Program-made: the position numbers and the translations under genes
The notes under the pieces: model-generated
What the model was told of the DNA's origin: nothing
What the model saw: the letters and a program-made list of their open reading frames with translations, nothing else
Database searches by the model: none
Shown: positions 8,269-17,582 of the stretch, in pieces
Layout of the letters: each line of letters opens with the position of its first letter
How positions within the stretch are numbered: the stretch's first letter is position 1
Origin: Eubacteriales bacterium
GTDB taxonomy: Bacteria > Bacillota > Clostridia > Oscillospirales > JAAYXM01
Reading direction: 5' to 3'
DNA: 33,642 nucleotides
NCBI GenBank assembly: GCA_045629985.1
Contig: JAZQSI010000196.1
Location: forward strand, 1-33,642

Positions 8269-9159
8269 ATGGAACTTGCTCATAATCATTCGGAATATGT
8301 GTCACACCAGCTGTCAAACATCATAAACATACATAAAATCGTTACGCTCAACTACTTTGAGTTCGAAAACACCTTCCAGTACCGCGGTGAGCGGCACAAT
8401 TTCTGGGAGCTTGTCTATGTCGATAAAGGAAATCTTCTTGTCGAAACGGAATCGGGCGAGATTAAGCTCACGCGAGGTGAGTGTATTTTCCACAAGCCGA
8501 ACGAATTCCATTCGCACAAGGCCGACGGCGCCACTGCGCCGAACTACTTTGTTCTCGGCTTTGTCTGCAACTCCTCGCATATGCAGTTTTTCCGCAAAAA
8601 CCGTTTTAAGCTCTCTCCCGTCACACGCGGCTACGTTTCAAATATCCTGATTGAAGCGAAGAACGTTTTTGAACTGCCCGTCAACAACACGGGCGGCCGT
8701 GAGCTCAAGGTTGCAGAGCACGAAACAATCGGCGGTCAGCAGATGATACGCACATACCTTGAACAACTCCTCATCACTCTCATCCGCGAGCAGTACATAA
8801 AAACAAACTTCACTCTCGGTGAAGAGTCCACAGAGGAAAACCTCGTCGGTCAGATGAGGAAGAAGCTTGACATGTATATCTACCGCAAGATAAGCGTTGA
8901 GCAGTTCTGCAAGGAAATGAACTACTCAAAAGCATACCTCTCGCGAATTTTCTTAAACGCCTGCGGTTGCACAATACATGACTATATAATCAACGCGAAG
9001 GTAAAAGAGGCAAAGACCCTCATCCGTGAGCGCATCTATAACTTCACGCAGATTTCCGAGATGCTGTGTTTTACAAACCCATTCTATTTCTCCCGCGTTT
9101 TCAAGCAGAGGACGGGAATGAGCCCATCGGAATACAAAAACTCGGTAAAAGCAGATTAG
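8269..9159 (+). CDS. AraC-family regulator (cupin + HTH), divergent from the M81 operon
   Basis: GERHNFWELVYVDKG...HKPNEFH cupin; ISEMLCFTNPFYFSRVFKQRTGMSPSEYK. Start moved to ATG 8269 on RBS GAGGTG spacing. Confidence 0.92.
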   Translation: MELAHNHSEYVSHQLSNIINIHKIVTLNYFEFENTFQYRGERHNFWELVYVDKGNLLVETESGEIKLTRGECIFHKPNEFHSHKADGATAPNYFVLGFVCNSSHMQFFRKNRFKLSPVTRGYVSNILIEAKNVFELPVNNTGGRELKVAEHETIGGQQMIRTYLEQLLITLIREQYIKTNFTLGEESTEENLVGQMRKKLDMYIYRKISVEQFCKEMNYSKAYLSRIFLNACGCTIHDYIINAKVKEAKTLIRERIYNFTQISEMLCFTNPFYFSRVFKQRTGMSPSEYKNSVKAD

Positions 9160-9173
9160 AATTAAACGAAAAC

Positions 9174-9206
9174 AAAGGGGCTTCTTCGTAAGAGGGAGCC
9201 TCTTTT
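9174..9206 (+). terminator. Intrinsic terminator after AraC
   Basis: AAAGGGGCTTCTTC...GAGGGAGCCTCTTTT stem with G-U pairs and a T tail. Confidence 0.65.
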
Positions 9207-9218
9207 GCACAACAAAAC

Positions 9219-9391
9219 CGAATGTTTTTTTACCGTCGGCTTGTAGCCGAGGTAACTTTTTGCGAAAAGATAACCTCGTAGCCCTCCGCTACGCATCGCC
9301 GCAAGTTTCTGCAATGTGTCAGTTGTTCAAAATAACAAAAAAGAGCCAATGTTTGGCTCTTTTTTGTGTTCCGGAGTTTTTTAACATCCGC
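9219..9391. repeat. Hairpin-rich element sharing its right end with the three-way-junction repeat
   Basis: Right part TAACAAAA-hairpin-TTTTGTGTTCCGGAG..TTTTAACAT matches 23946-23995; several further short hairpins lie to its left. Confidence 0.5.
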
Positions 9392-9393
9392 GA

Positions 9394-9522
9394 AGCGGAT
9401 AGGTAAAACGTTTTGCAACGTGCAAAAGACGCCCGAAGTAGTACCGTGTGTACGTCAAGGGTGTCTTTTGTGCGGAGCAAAAGGACTTTCCTTTTGCGGT
9501 GCGGAGCGTTTTAACATCCGCT
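9394..9522 (+). repeat. Structured dispersed repeat (MITE/REP-like or ncRNA), copy A
   Basis: Shares GGATAGG, CCCGAAGTAGTAC-loop-GTACGTCRAGGGTG and CGGAGCGTTTTAACAT with 23862..24001; same fold. Confidence 0.8.
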
Positions 9523-10618
9523 ATTTTATATACTTTTTTATCATTGCGTAAGCATCATCTTTTGTCGGTTCATATATTCCGCGCATTGTGCTTCCGCCCT
9601 CATATCCTACGCGCATATACTTCATTGCGCGCTCGCGCTCGAATCTTCTGTCGCAGGGGACTGCTCGCTCGATAAGCGCGCGGAACTCTTCGGCATTCTT
9701 CACTCCGCAGAGGCGGTATGCGCGCATAACCTTATCCTCGTTCACGCGGGCGGCGTATTCCACAAAATCAGGGAGGAAGTACGCATTCGCCTCGCCGTGA
9801 GACATATGTTCAAAATACGTAAGCGGATAACCAAACGAGTGGACAAAGCTTGTGCCTGTTATGGAAATTACCATACCTGCAAGCATTGAGCCGTAAAGAA
9901 GCCTTTCGCGCAGGTTTTCATCAAGCCTTCCTTCCGCAAGGGCGCGAAGACCGCGTCCGACATAAACCATCGCCTTTTCCGCAAGAGCATCGGAGACAAC
10001 CGTTGCCGCCTTTGCAAAATAGCCCTCAATCGCATGAGAAAGGGCATCGACAGCAGTTGCGTTTGTTGTGCTCTGCGGGAGAGTTACCGTATATGATGCA
10101 TCAAGAAGCGCGACTTTCGGGAAGAGTTTTTCGCCCTTGAGGGTCTTCTTGTTCTGGATTCTGTGATAAGTGAGGACGGAATACTGCGTGACCTCGCTAC
10201 CCGTTCCCGCCGTCGTCGGGATTGCGATAACGGGAAGGGGCTCACTCTTGCACTCACCATCGTAAAGCGTTTCGGGGGTAAGATGCGGATTTGCGGCAAA
10301 ATATGCCGCCGCCTTTGCCGCATCGAGCGGACTTCCGCCGCCGATTGCGATAACAAAATCGGACTTTTCCTCGCGGGCAAGCTTTCCTGCCGCATAGCAG
10401 GTCTCAACCGTCGGATTCTGCTCTACCTTGTCAAAAACAGCCATTTTGATTCCCTGGCTGATGAGTGCGCCCTTGACATCGTCAAATGCGCCGCACAGAC
10501 GCGCAGAACGCTCACCGCAGACGATAAGTGCGCGCTTGCCAAACTGCGAATAGTCAAACTCCGCCGCTATTTTCTTTCCCGAATATACCTTGACGGGATT
10601 AAAGAACAAACTTGTCAT
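9521..10618 (-). CDS. Iron-containing alcohol dehydrogenase family protein
   Basis: AIGGGSPLDAAK, IPTTAGTGSEVT, DALSHAIEGY, HSFGYPL, HGEANA. Confidence 0.92.
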   Translation of the reverse strand: MTSLFFNPVKVYSGKKIAAEFDYSQFGKRALIVCGERSARLCGAFDDVKGALISQGIKMAVFDKVEQNPTVETCYAAGKLAREEKSDFVIAIGGGSPLDAAKAAAYFAANPHLTPETLYDGECKSEPLPVIAIPTTAGTGSEVTQYSVLTYHRIQNKKTLKGEKLFPKVALLDASYTVTLPQSTTNATAVDALSHAIEGYFAKAATVVSDALAEKAMVYVGRGLRALAEGRLDENLRERLLYGSMLAGMVISITGTSFVHSFGYPLTYFEHMSHGEANAYFLPDFVEYAARVNEDKVMRAYRLCGVKNAEEFRALIERAVPCDRRFERERAMKYMRVGYEGGSTMRGIYEPTKDDAYAMIKKYIK

Positions 10619-10633
10619 ATTTTCTTCCTCCTT

Positions 10634-12691
10634 TTATGCCAGAAGCGAGCCTTGCTTGATTCGTGTATCGCCCTCAAAGCTTGCCGAGAAGTACGCATCA
10701 AACACAGCTTTTGCAACGCCCGGAATTCGGCTTCCCTGACCGCCGTTTTCGACAACGACAGCTACTGCAACCTCGGGGTCATCTGCAGGCGCGAATGCAA
10801 CATAAACCGCATGAGAGCCTCCCGGAGCCTGCGCCGAGCCCGTCTTACCTGCAACGGCTACGGGGTATGTTCCGAATACGGAATATGACGTTCCGCCCGA
10901 CTCCTGCGCACCGCGACGCATACCTTCTACAATCGCGCGGTATGTCTCGTCGGACATCTCAACTTCTCCTGCAAGTTCAGGGGATGTCACCATTATTTCC
11001 TCGTTCGTTTCGGGGTCTCTTACGCTCTTTAAGAGATGCGGCTTATAGCGCACACCGTGGTTTGCAAGCTGGGCAATGTAGTTTGCAAGCTGGATTGGGG
11101 TTACCATAGTATCGGACTGACCGATTGCGGCGGAAAGTGTCTCGCCGGGATACCATACCTTTCCGTTTGCCTCTCGTGCTTCTGCTGATGCAACCTGACC
11201 CGAGACCTCGCCCGAGATTTCAACCCCGGTCTTCTCTCCGAGACCGAAGCGGTGTGCCCAGTCGGAGAGGTTTTCAATTCCCACGCGGCGTCCGACGTCA
11301 TAGAAGAAGTAGTTGCACGAAACCTTTATCGCCTCGGCAACGTCTATCTCGCCGTGGGTTTTTCCGTACTGTCTGAAGATGTCGCACATAGGTGTGGTGC
11401 TTGGTGCATAGTACATATATTTACCCGTCGTGAGCATCTTTTCCTTTGGCTCTATGATATCTTCCTCAAGTCCTGCCACTGCGGTAACCATCTTGAACGT
11501 TGAACCCGGGGGATACGCGCCCTGAATCGCGCGGTTGAACATCGGAAGGTATTTATCATTTTTCATTGCATTGTAATTTTTGCTGTACTGTGAAATGTCG
11601 TATGTCGGATACGATGCGGAAACGAGAAGTCCGCCCGTTTTTACGTCTATCGCAACAACCGCCGCGCCCTTGGCATCTGCGCCGCCCCAGCGCGAGTTGG
11701 TCGCGCCTTCACGCCTGAGCCTCGGAACAGTCTCCGCAAGCGCCGCTTCTGCCGCTTCCTGCATCTTTAAGTCAATCGTCAGGACGCAGTTCTTGCCGAG
11801 CACGGGGGGCTCTTCATAGAGGACGGTTGTCGTCTTTCCCGTTACGGTAGTTTCTGTTGTTTTTGAGCCGTCGATTCCTCGGAGATAGCTCTCGTATGCC
11901 TTTTCGATACCGTCTTTTCCTACAAGGTCTGTCTGCTTGTATCCAAGTTTTTTAAGCTCGGCATACTCCTCGCGGTAGATGATTCCGACGCGACCGAGGA
12001 TGTGCGCGGCAGAAAGCGTCTTATACTCTCGTATCGGCTCGACCTCGACCATAACTCCGGGAAGCGAGCGCGACTGCTCTTTTATCTTCGTGATGAGATT
12101 TCGCTCTACATCGCGGGCGAAAACGTACGGCGAGGACTTTGAAAATCCTCTTGTTTCCATTTCGAATATTACTCCGCAGAGCTTGCGGAGAAGAACGCGA
12201 TCGGATGTTTTTATTTCGTATCTCTCTGCAAGGAGTGTGAGAAATTCGTCAGCTGTCGTATTCTCATTCCATTTTCTCGTTTTGAGATAATCCTTAACAG
12301 CTCTTTCGTCTGCCGAGTTCTCGCCGACCGTGTATGTATATGAAATCGGCTCGGTCTTCGTGACGGGGAATGTATCAATATACTCCTGACCTGCGCCCTC
12401 GCAGAGGGAGATGAGATGCCCGAGCACCTCTTCACGGCGGGACTTGTCCCACGTTGTCGCATCAAACACGAGAGAGAAGCTCATGCGGTTTGTGACGAGA
12501 GGACGGCCGAAGCGGTCGAGAATTTCGCCTCGCGGAGCTGTAACCGTAAGAGTTCTTGAGGTGCGCTTTGCGGAACGCTCGAGATACTCTTCGCCCTTTA
12601 CGGCCTGCAAAAAATAAAGGCGCCCGATGAAAATTACTGCAAAAGCTATCGCAATCGCACAGAGCGACCATACGCGTTTGCTGTTTTTCAT
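10634..12691 (-). CDS. mrdA: Penicillin-binding protein 2 (class B transpeptidase)
   Basis: N-terminal TM, APRGEILDR, GKDGIEKAYE, STFK (SxxK), SCN (SxN), KTG; follows mreCD. Start moved to the ATG at 12691 by RBS AAGGAGGT. Confidence 0.92.
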   Translation of the reverse strand: MKNSKRVWSLCAIAIAFAVIFIGRLYFLQAVKGEEYLERSAKRTSRTLTVTAPRGEILDRFGRPLVTNRMSFSLVFDATTWDKSRREEVLGHLISLCEGAGQEYIDTFPVTKTEPISYTYTVGENSADERAVKDYLKTRKWNENTTADEFLTLLAERYEIKTSDRVLLRKLCGVIFEMETRGFSKSSPYVFARDVERNLITKIKEQSRSLPGVMVEVEPIREYKTLSAAHILGRVGIIYREEYAELKKLGYKQTDLVGKDGIEKAYESYLRGIDGSKTTETTVTGKTTTVLYEEPPVLGKNCVLTIDLKMQEAAEAALAETVPRLRREGATNSRWGGADAKGAAVVAIDVKTGGLLVSASYPTYDISQYSKNYNAMKNDKYLPMFNRAIQGAYPPGSTFKMVTAVAGLEEDIIEPKEKMLTTGKYMYYAPSTTPMCDIFRQYGKTHGEIDVAEAIKVSCNYFFYDVGRRVGIENLSDWAHRFGLGEKTGVEISGEVSGQVASAEAREANGKVWYPGETLSAAIGQSDTMVTPIQLANYIAQLANHGVRYKPHLLKSVRDPETNEEIMVTSPELAGEVEMSDETYRAIVEGMRRGAQESGGTSYSVFGTYPVAVAGKTGSAQAPGGSHAVYVAFAPADDPEVAVAVVVENGGQGSRIPGVAKAVFDAYFSASFEGDTRIKQGSLLA

Positions 12692-12709
12692 AGCGGACAC
12701 CTCCTTATT

Positions 12710-13231
12710 TTAGTCTTCTTCCATAATCTGAAAGAATTTTGTTGTTTTCTTGACTGCAATGTATAAAATCGGGGTAAACGGCAATGTCGTGAGAAGCTCA
12801 CCTGGGATGATATACAGAAGAGAAGCGGCACTTCCTCTTCCTGCCGCGAGCATATAGATGCAGTAGCGCACGAGGTGAAGAAGGCAAATCATAACCGCCC
12901 AGTCAAGCACCGCCATACCGAAATTTTTCCAGTACATAATCGTATTCATAAGGCAGATAAGCACGGCAAGAATGGGGAGCGTGACTGTGTAAAAGCCTTC
13001 ATAGCCCGAGTACAGCGCATCGCAAAGGAAACCTGCCAGAAGTCCTGCCACGACACCCTCTTCAGGCCCTTCAAGAAGCGCCGCTGCCGCAACTATGAAC
13101 GGCAGGAACGCAGGGGACGAACCAAGCAGGCGAAACTCTGAAAAAAACGTTGTTTCGATAATGATTGAGAGAAACATAATCACAAACAGACATGCGTATT
13201 TGTACAGTTTTCTCTTGAAGTTGTTATCCAT
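12710..13231 (-). CDS. mreD: Rod shape-determining protein MreD
   Basis: Multi-TM ~173 aa with GLLAGFLCD, located between mreC and mrdA. Start moved to the ATG at 13231 by RBS GAGGTGA. Confidence 0.8.
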   Translation of the reverse strand: MDNNFKRKLYKYACLFVIMFLSIIIETTFFSEFRLLGSSPAFLPFIVAAAALLEGPEEGVVAGLLAGFLCDALYSGYEGFYTVTLPILAVLICLMNTIMYWKNFGMAVLDWAVMICLLHLVRYCIYMLAAGRGSAASLLYIIPGELLTTLPFTPILYIAVKKTTKFFQIMEED

Positions 13232-13241
13232 ACCCGTCACC

Positions 13242-14081
13242 TCATTCCGTCGCGGTGAAGGACTTTATAATCATAACGTGATTTACGCGGTCAAGGTCAC
13301 ACACGGGGGAAACGACAGCGTATTTCGAAATGCCGTGGGTTTCGTTTCTTACCTCTTCGACATATCCGAGAACTATTCCTTTCGGGAAGAGACCGCCGAC
13401 ACCCGATGTCTCGATAATGTCGCCCTCGAGCACCTGCGTATCCTTTGAGAGGTAGGATAAGCGGAACTTTCCCTCGCTCATAAGCTCAAAGTCACCCTCG
13501 GCACTTGCGACGTCTCGCGTGCGCGATGCTATCGCCGCGGCTTCCATCGTCGTATCCGTGACAGCCGTGACGGTTGCCCACGTGTTTCCGACTTCGCTTA
13601 CATAGCCTATCATTCCCTCGGCCGTGACAACGCAGTTATTTACCTCTATCCCTGCGCTTGAGCCTTTGTTTATCGTAAATGAACGGCTCCAGTTATCTGC
13701 ATTCTTCGCGACAATCTCGGCAGACTCAAAAACCATCGAAGCGTCTCTTTCTCGGAGACCGAGCGCCGAGCGAAGCTCGATATTCTCTTTTTCCATTGCC
13801 TCGCGCTCGCGGACTGCCGTTTTAAGGTCTGCAACCTGGCGACGAAGCTCCTCGTTTTCCTTTTCCATCTCATCATAACGGAGAGCGCGGTCTGCACGGT
13901 CCTCAAAAAATCCGCCGATTGCATTTCCTGCACTCTGCAAAGGCTTTGCAATGATGTTGACAAGCGAGCCCACGGGGGAAATCTTACCGCCCGACACTGC
14001 CGACAGAATGGCAAGCACAAGAGCTATGAGAACGGCAACAAGGATAGTTATTACCGTCTTTTTTGAATAAAAACCATTCAT
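13242..14081 (-). CDS. mreC: Rod shape-determining protein MreC
   Basis: TM + coiled coil (ENEELR...ENIELR), TINKGSSAGI, TSGVGGLFPKGIVLGYV. Confidence 0.93.
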   Translation of the reverse strand: MNGFYSKKTVITILVAVLIALVLAILSAVSGGKISPVGSLVNIIAKPLQSAGNAIGGFFEDRADRALRYDEMEKENEELRRQVADLKTAVREREAMEKENIELRSALGLRERDASMVFESAEIVAKNADNWSRSFTINKGSSAGIEVNNCVVTAEGMIGYVSEVGNTWATVTAVTDTTMEAAAIASRTRDVASAEGDFELMSEGKFRLSYLSKDTQVLEGDIIETSGVGGLFPKGIVLGYVEEVRNETHGISKYAVVSPVCDLDRVNHVMIIKSFTATE

Positions 14082-14085
14082 TTTT

Positions 14086-14655
14086 TCACCACTCCGAATG
14101 TGATTTTAAAACCTCATCTAAAACTTCCGCCGTCTTTTTCATCGGAAGTCCTATTACGTTGAAATAGTCGCCCTCGACGCGGTTTACAAACTCTCCCGCT
14201 CCGCCCTGGATGCCGAAAGCTCCTGCCTTGTCAAGGCTCTCACCCGTGGCGATATAATCGTCAATTTCCTTTTCGGAAAGAGAGCGGAAGGAAACATACG
14301 TCTTCTCAAAAAAGCAAATCTTCTCTCCCCGCGAGATGATGCAGACGCCCGTATATACCTCCTGCGTGCCATCCGACATCGAGGTGAGCATCTCTTTTGC
14401 GTGGGCTTCATCCCTGGGTTTTCCCAGCACCTCACCATTAAAGGCAACTACCGTATCGGCACCGAGCACTGTATCATCCGGATGCGTCTTTGCAACTGCC
14501 GCGGCCTTTAATGCGGCGAGAGACATTACGTAATCCGAGACTTCGCCGCCGCAAAACGGCCCCTCTTCACACTCTGCGGTGAAGACTTCGTAGTTTTCGG
14601 TAAAAAGCGCGAGAAGTTCGCGCCGTCTCGGTGATTTTGAAGCAAGTATAAGCAT
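14086..14655 (-). CDS. maf: Maf-family nucleoside triphosphate pyrophosphatase
   Basis: ILASKSPRRRELL, GADTVV, LGKP, DKAGAFGIQG, NVIGLP. Confidence 0.93.
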   Translation of the reverse strand: MLILASKSPRRRELLALFTENYEVFTAECEEGPFCGGEVSDYVMSLAALKAAAVAKTHPDDTVLGADTVVAFNGEVLGKPRDEAHAKEMLTSMSDGTQEVYTGVCIISRGEKICFFEKTYVSFRSLSEKEIDDYIATGESLDKAGAFGIQGGAGEFVNRVEGDYFNVIGLPMKKTAEVLDEVLKSHSEW

Positions 14656-15092
14656 TATTTTCTCCCTGTTGAACCAAATCCGCCGCTTCCGCGCATTGTA
14701 TCAGAAAGCTCATCTGCCACAATGAGTTCGGGCGTTTCCACGGGCATGATGAGCATCTGCGCAATCCTCTCGTCGGGATTTATAACAAAATCCTCCTGCC
14801 CGAGATTTATGAGCCCGACTTTAATCTCGCCGCGGTAGTCGCTGTCGATTATGCCGACGCTGTTTGCGAGAGTTATGCCGTGCTTAATTGCAAGCCCACT
14901 TCTCGCGCATATCACAGCGACAAGGTTTTCCGACGGAAGTTCTATTGCAATACCGGTCGGCACCGCAAAAATCTTTCCTTTCGGAAGTGTTATAGGCTCA
15001 TCGATACAGGCGCGAAGATCATATCCCGCCGCACCGCTTGATGCGCGGGTGGGAAGATGTGCCTTTTCGTTTAAAAGCTTAATCTTTACCAT
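14655..15092 (-). CDS. dut: dUTP diphosphatase
   Basis: AAGYDL, ARSGLA, GIIDSDYRGEI, RIAQ, RGSGGFGSTG. Confidence 0.96.
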   Translation of the reverse strand: MVKIKLLNEKAHLPTRASSGAAGYDLRACIDEPITLPKGKIFAVPTGIAIELPSENLVAVICARSGLAIKHGITLANSVGIIDSDYRGEIKVGLINLGQEDFVINPDERIAQMLIMPVETPELIVADELSDTMRGSGGFGSTGRK

Positions 15093-17189
15093 TTATTCTA
15101 CACCTCTGTAGTACAATCCTCTTGTATAAACTGACGGGATAAAATCATTCCTGCCAAGATATGCATCAAGCACCGTCACGCACTCTCTCTCGTTTTCCGT
15201 CGTAAAGGAAATGCGCGCAAAGGAAACTCCGAGCTTTTCATAATCCCGCTTCTTATCCGCGAGGAAAAGCTTCTGCGAGTTTAAGATTACCGTTCTGCAG
15301 CCGAACTCCTTTGCAAGAGGGAAGGATGTTCCCGTGCGGTCCGTTAAAAACTGGCGGTTTCCGCAAACGCAAGAGCCTGTCTGCGAAGATATGACGCAGT
15401 TTTCGCATATCATAAGCGGAAGACGTCCGTACACTATGATTTCCGTTTCCATTATCTTTGAAACATCACGTATCTGGGGGAAGGTAAGCTCGGGAGAAAG
15501 AAGAGCAGAAGCGGCTCCCATGCGGCGAAGCTCGCGGAGAGCGTGGGAATTTGTGATGTTTATTCCGAAATCGCCGCGCACGGTAAAGCCAAGGCTTTCC
15601 GCAAGCGCGATGTGTCCGCAATTTCCAACAGAGGCGTGCGTTACGCCGCACTCGCGAGCAATAGCCGCAAGGCGAAGGGCTTCTTTTTCTTCCGTATCCT
15701 TTATGATTCTCGGAAAAGCGGCAACGAGCGTTGCCTTTGATGCAACCTCGGAAAGTCTTTCCCTGTTCTTTTCAAATTCCGTAATCGGGACGTATATGTA
15801 TTCGGGGTTTCTTGCAAGAAGCTCATCGCTTATCTGTGATACCGAAAGCACCGAAACCGTATATTTCGGAGCTTCTTTGCTGTTTATAAGCTTAAATCCT
15901 ACCTTGAAATCACCCTCGGGACGCTTCTTTTCTTCGATTGTGTAATTTCGCTCAAGCTCTTCAATGCACTCGCGGCGCATCGCATTGAGCGCCGAGAGAG
16001 GAAGGGCAAGCCCCTCTGAGAGCTTTATGTTTATTTCGCGGGGGGTAAATCTCGTTCCTCCCGTTTTTTGAAGCTGGGTTCGCACTGCCTCTTCGGTAAG
16101 CGCAACATTTCTTGCGCGCTCGGGTATCTGTCCCTTTGCCATTGCACGGTTTCCTTTTCCGTCAATAGCGGCAAGAAGAGCCTCGCGACCCTCTTCTATG
16201 ATGCAGAAAAAATCAACCTCTTCCGCGGGGACGGGGACTTCGGCATACGTTGCTGCCGCTTCCTCAAGGAGAGCGCGCGGGGCTTCCGTTTCGGTACGTA
16301 TTCCAAACATCTCGCGGCCTTTTTTGTTTTTATAATAACCGTCCGTAAAGCCGTCACGCGAGAAAATCTCGTGAAGCTTGCGCTTTTCTGCCTCGGTCGG
16401 TGCTCTTCCTTCTTTCAGAACCTTTGAGTATATACCCGTAACGACGGCGACATACTCGGCTCTCTTCATTCTGCCCTCAATCTTGAGCGAGGCAACGCCC
16501 ATATCGGACATCTCACATATATAGTCTGCAAGGCAGAGGTCGCGAAGAGAGAGCGGATATGCGACCGTTCCTCTCTCGCCGAGCTTATACTGCATACGGC
16601 ACGGCTGGGCACAGAGACCGCGGTTTCCGCTTCGCTGACCGATTACGGCGCTCATTTCGCACTGCCCGGAATAGCACATGCAGAGCGCTCCGTGGACAAA
16701 CACCTCAATCTCTATCGGGCTTTCCTTGCAGATGTATTTTATCTCCTCACGCGAAAGCTCACGGGCAAGGACAACTCTCGTAAATCCAAGCTCTGCCATC
16801 TTTCTGACACCCTCGAGGTTATGCACCGTCATCTGGGTTGAAGCGTGGATGGGAAGAGAGGGGCACACCTCGCGGATAAGCCGCGCGATACCGAGGTCTG
16901 CAACTATGACCGCGTCTGCTCCTGAACGGTTTATATCGCGGCATACCTTCTCAACAGAAGAAAGCTCACGGTCGTTTGCGAGGGTGTTGACCGTGACGTA
17001 AACCTTAACGCCGCGGGCATGGCAAAATCGGCAAGCATCAACAAGGTCGCTTGCCGTAAAGTTCTTTGCCAGGCGTCTGGCGTTGAAGTCGCCATAGCCG
17101 AGGTACACTGCGTCCGCACCGTTCGCAACAGCAGCGCGAAGCGCCTCGGGCGAACCTGCAGGGGAGAGAATCTCTGCTCGCTTTGACAT
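15093..17189 (-). CDS. Long U32-family Fe-S protein (RlhA/YdcP-like RNA hydroxylation protein)
   Basis: EILSPAGS, GADAVYLG, HASTQM, HGALCMCYSGQC, NRGLCAQPCR, KIEGRMK plus a long C-terminal extension. Start moved to the ATG at 17189 next to the zapA stop. Confidence 0.88.
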   Translation of the reverse strand: MSKRAEILSPAGSPEALRAAVANGADAVYLGYGDFNARRLAKNFTASDLVDACRFCHARGVKVYVTVNTLANDRELSSVEKVCRDINRSGADAVIVADLGIARLIREVCPSLPIHASTQMTVHNLEGVRKMAELGFTRVVLARELSREEIKYICKESPIEIEVFVHGALCMCYSGQCEMSAVIGQRSGNRGLCAQPCRMQYKLGERGTVAYPLSLRDLCLADYICEMSDMGVASLKIEGRMKRAEYVAVVTGIYSKVLKEGRAPTEAEKRKLHEIFSRDGFTDGYYKNKKGREMFGIRTETEAPRALLEEAAATYAEVPVPAEEVDFFCIIEEGREALLAAIDGKGNRAMAKGQIPERARNVALTEEAVRTQLQKTGGTRFTPREINIKLSEGLALPLSALNAMRRECIEELERNYTIEEKKRPEGDFKVGFKLINSKEAPKYTVSVLSVSQISDELLARNPEYIYVPITEFEKNRERLSEVASKATLVAAFPRIIKDTEEKEALRLAAIARECGVTHASVGNCGHIALAESLGFTVRGDFGINITNSHALRELRRMGAASALLSPELTFPQIRDVSKIMETEIIVYGRLPLMICENCVISSQTGSCVCGNRQFLTDRTGTSFPLAKEFGCRTVILNSQKLFLADKKRDYEKLGVSFARISFTTENERECVTVLDAYLGRNDFIPSVYTRGLYYRGVE

Positions 17190-17190
17190 T

Positions 17191-17502
17191 TTATCTGCCG
17201 CCGAGTCTTGCAATTTCGCGCTTTAAGTCTGCTATTTCAGACTTTGCACGGCTACCCTCTTCGAGGTAGTCGCGAAGCTGTGTACGGAGGTTTTCAGCAG
17301 TCTCAAGAGCCTTGTAATATTCGTCAGAGATGTTGATTGCAGAGAGAAGTGCCGCCTCAACAATCGAGAAACTGCCTGCCTTGAGAACTTCTCCGACCTT
17401 TGCATCTACATGAGATGCGACGCGGCGTGTGTACTCCTCATTCTCGCCGCTGATAAGGCGAAGCTCCACTCCTGCAATATTTACATTGATTGCGTTTTTC
17501 AT
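17191..17502 (-). CDS. zapA: Cell division protein ZapA
   Basis: INVNIAGVEL...ENEEYTRRVASHVD...AALLSAINISDEY followed by a coiled coil. Confidence 0.88.
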   Translation of the reverse strand: MKNAINVNIAGVELRLISGENEEYTRRVASHVDAKVGEVLKAGSFSIVEAALLSAINISDEYYKALETAENLRTQLRDYLEEGSRAKSEIADLKREIARLGGR

Positions 17503-17582
17503 ATCTCATTCCTCCAGAATTGATTAAGCCGAAGGGAATAAAACCCCTCAATCCTTAAACTTGTTAAATTTTATATGTAATA

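Noticed and set aside
9219-9522. CRISPR array
   Set aside because: Only two related ends about 130 nt apart, no regular repeat-spacer period and no cas genes.
9230-9675. Short ORFs across the repeat cluster (9230..9418, 9366..9551, 9448..9675)
   Set aside because: No RBS or protein-like motifs; they overlie hairpin-rich repeats and the Fe-ADH gene end.
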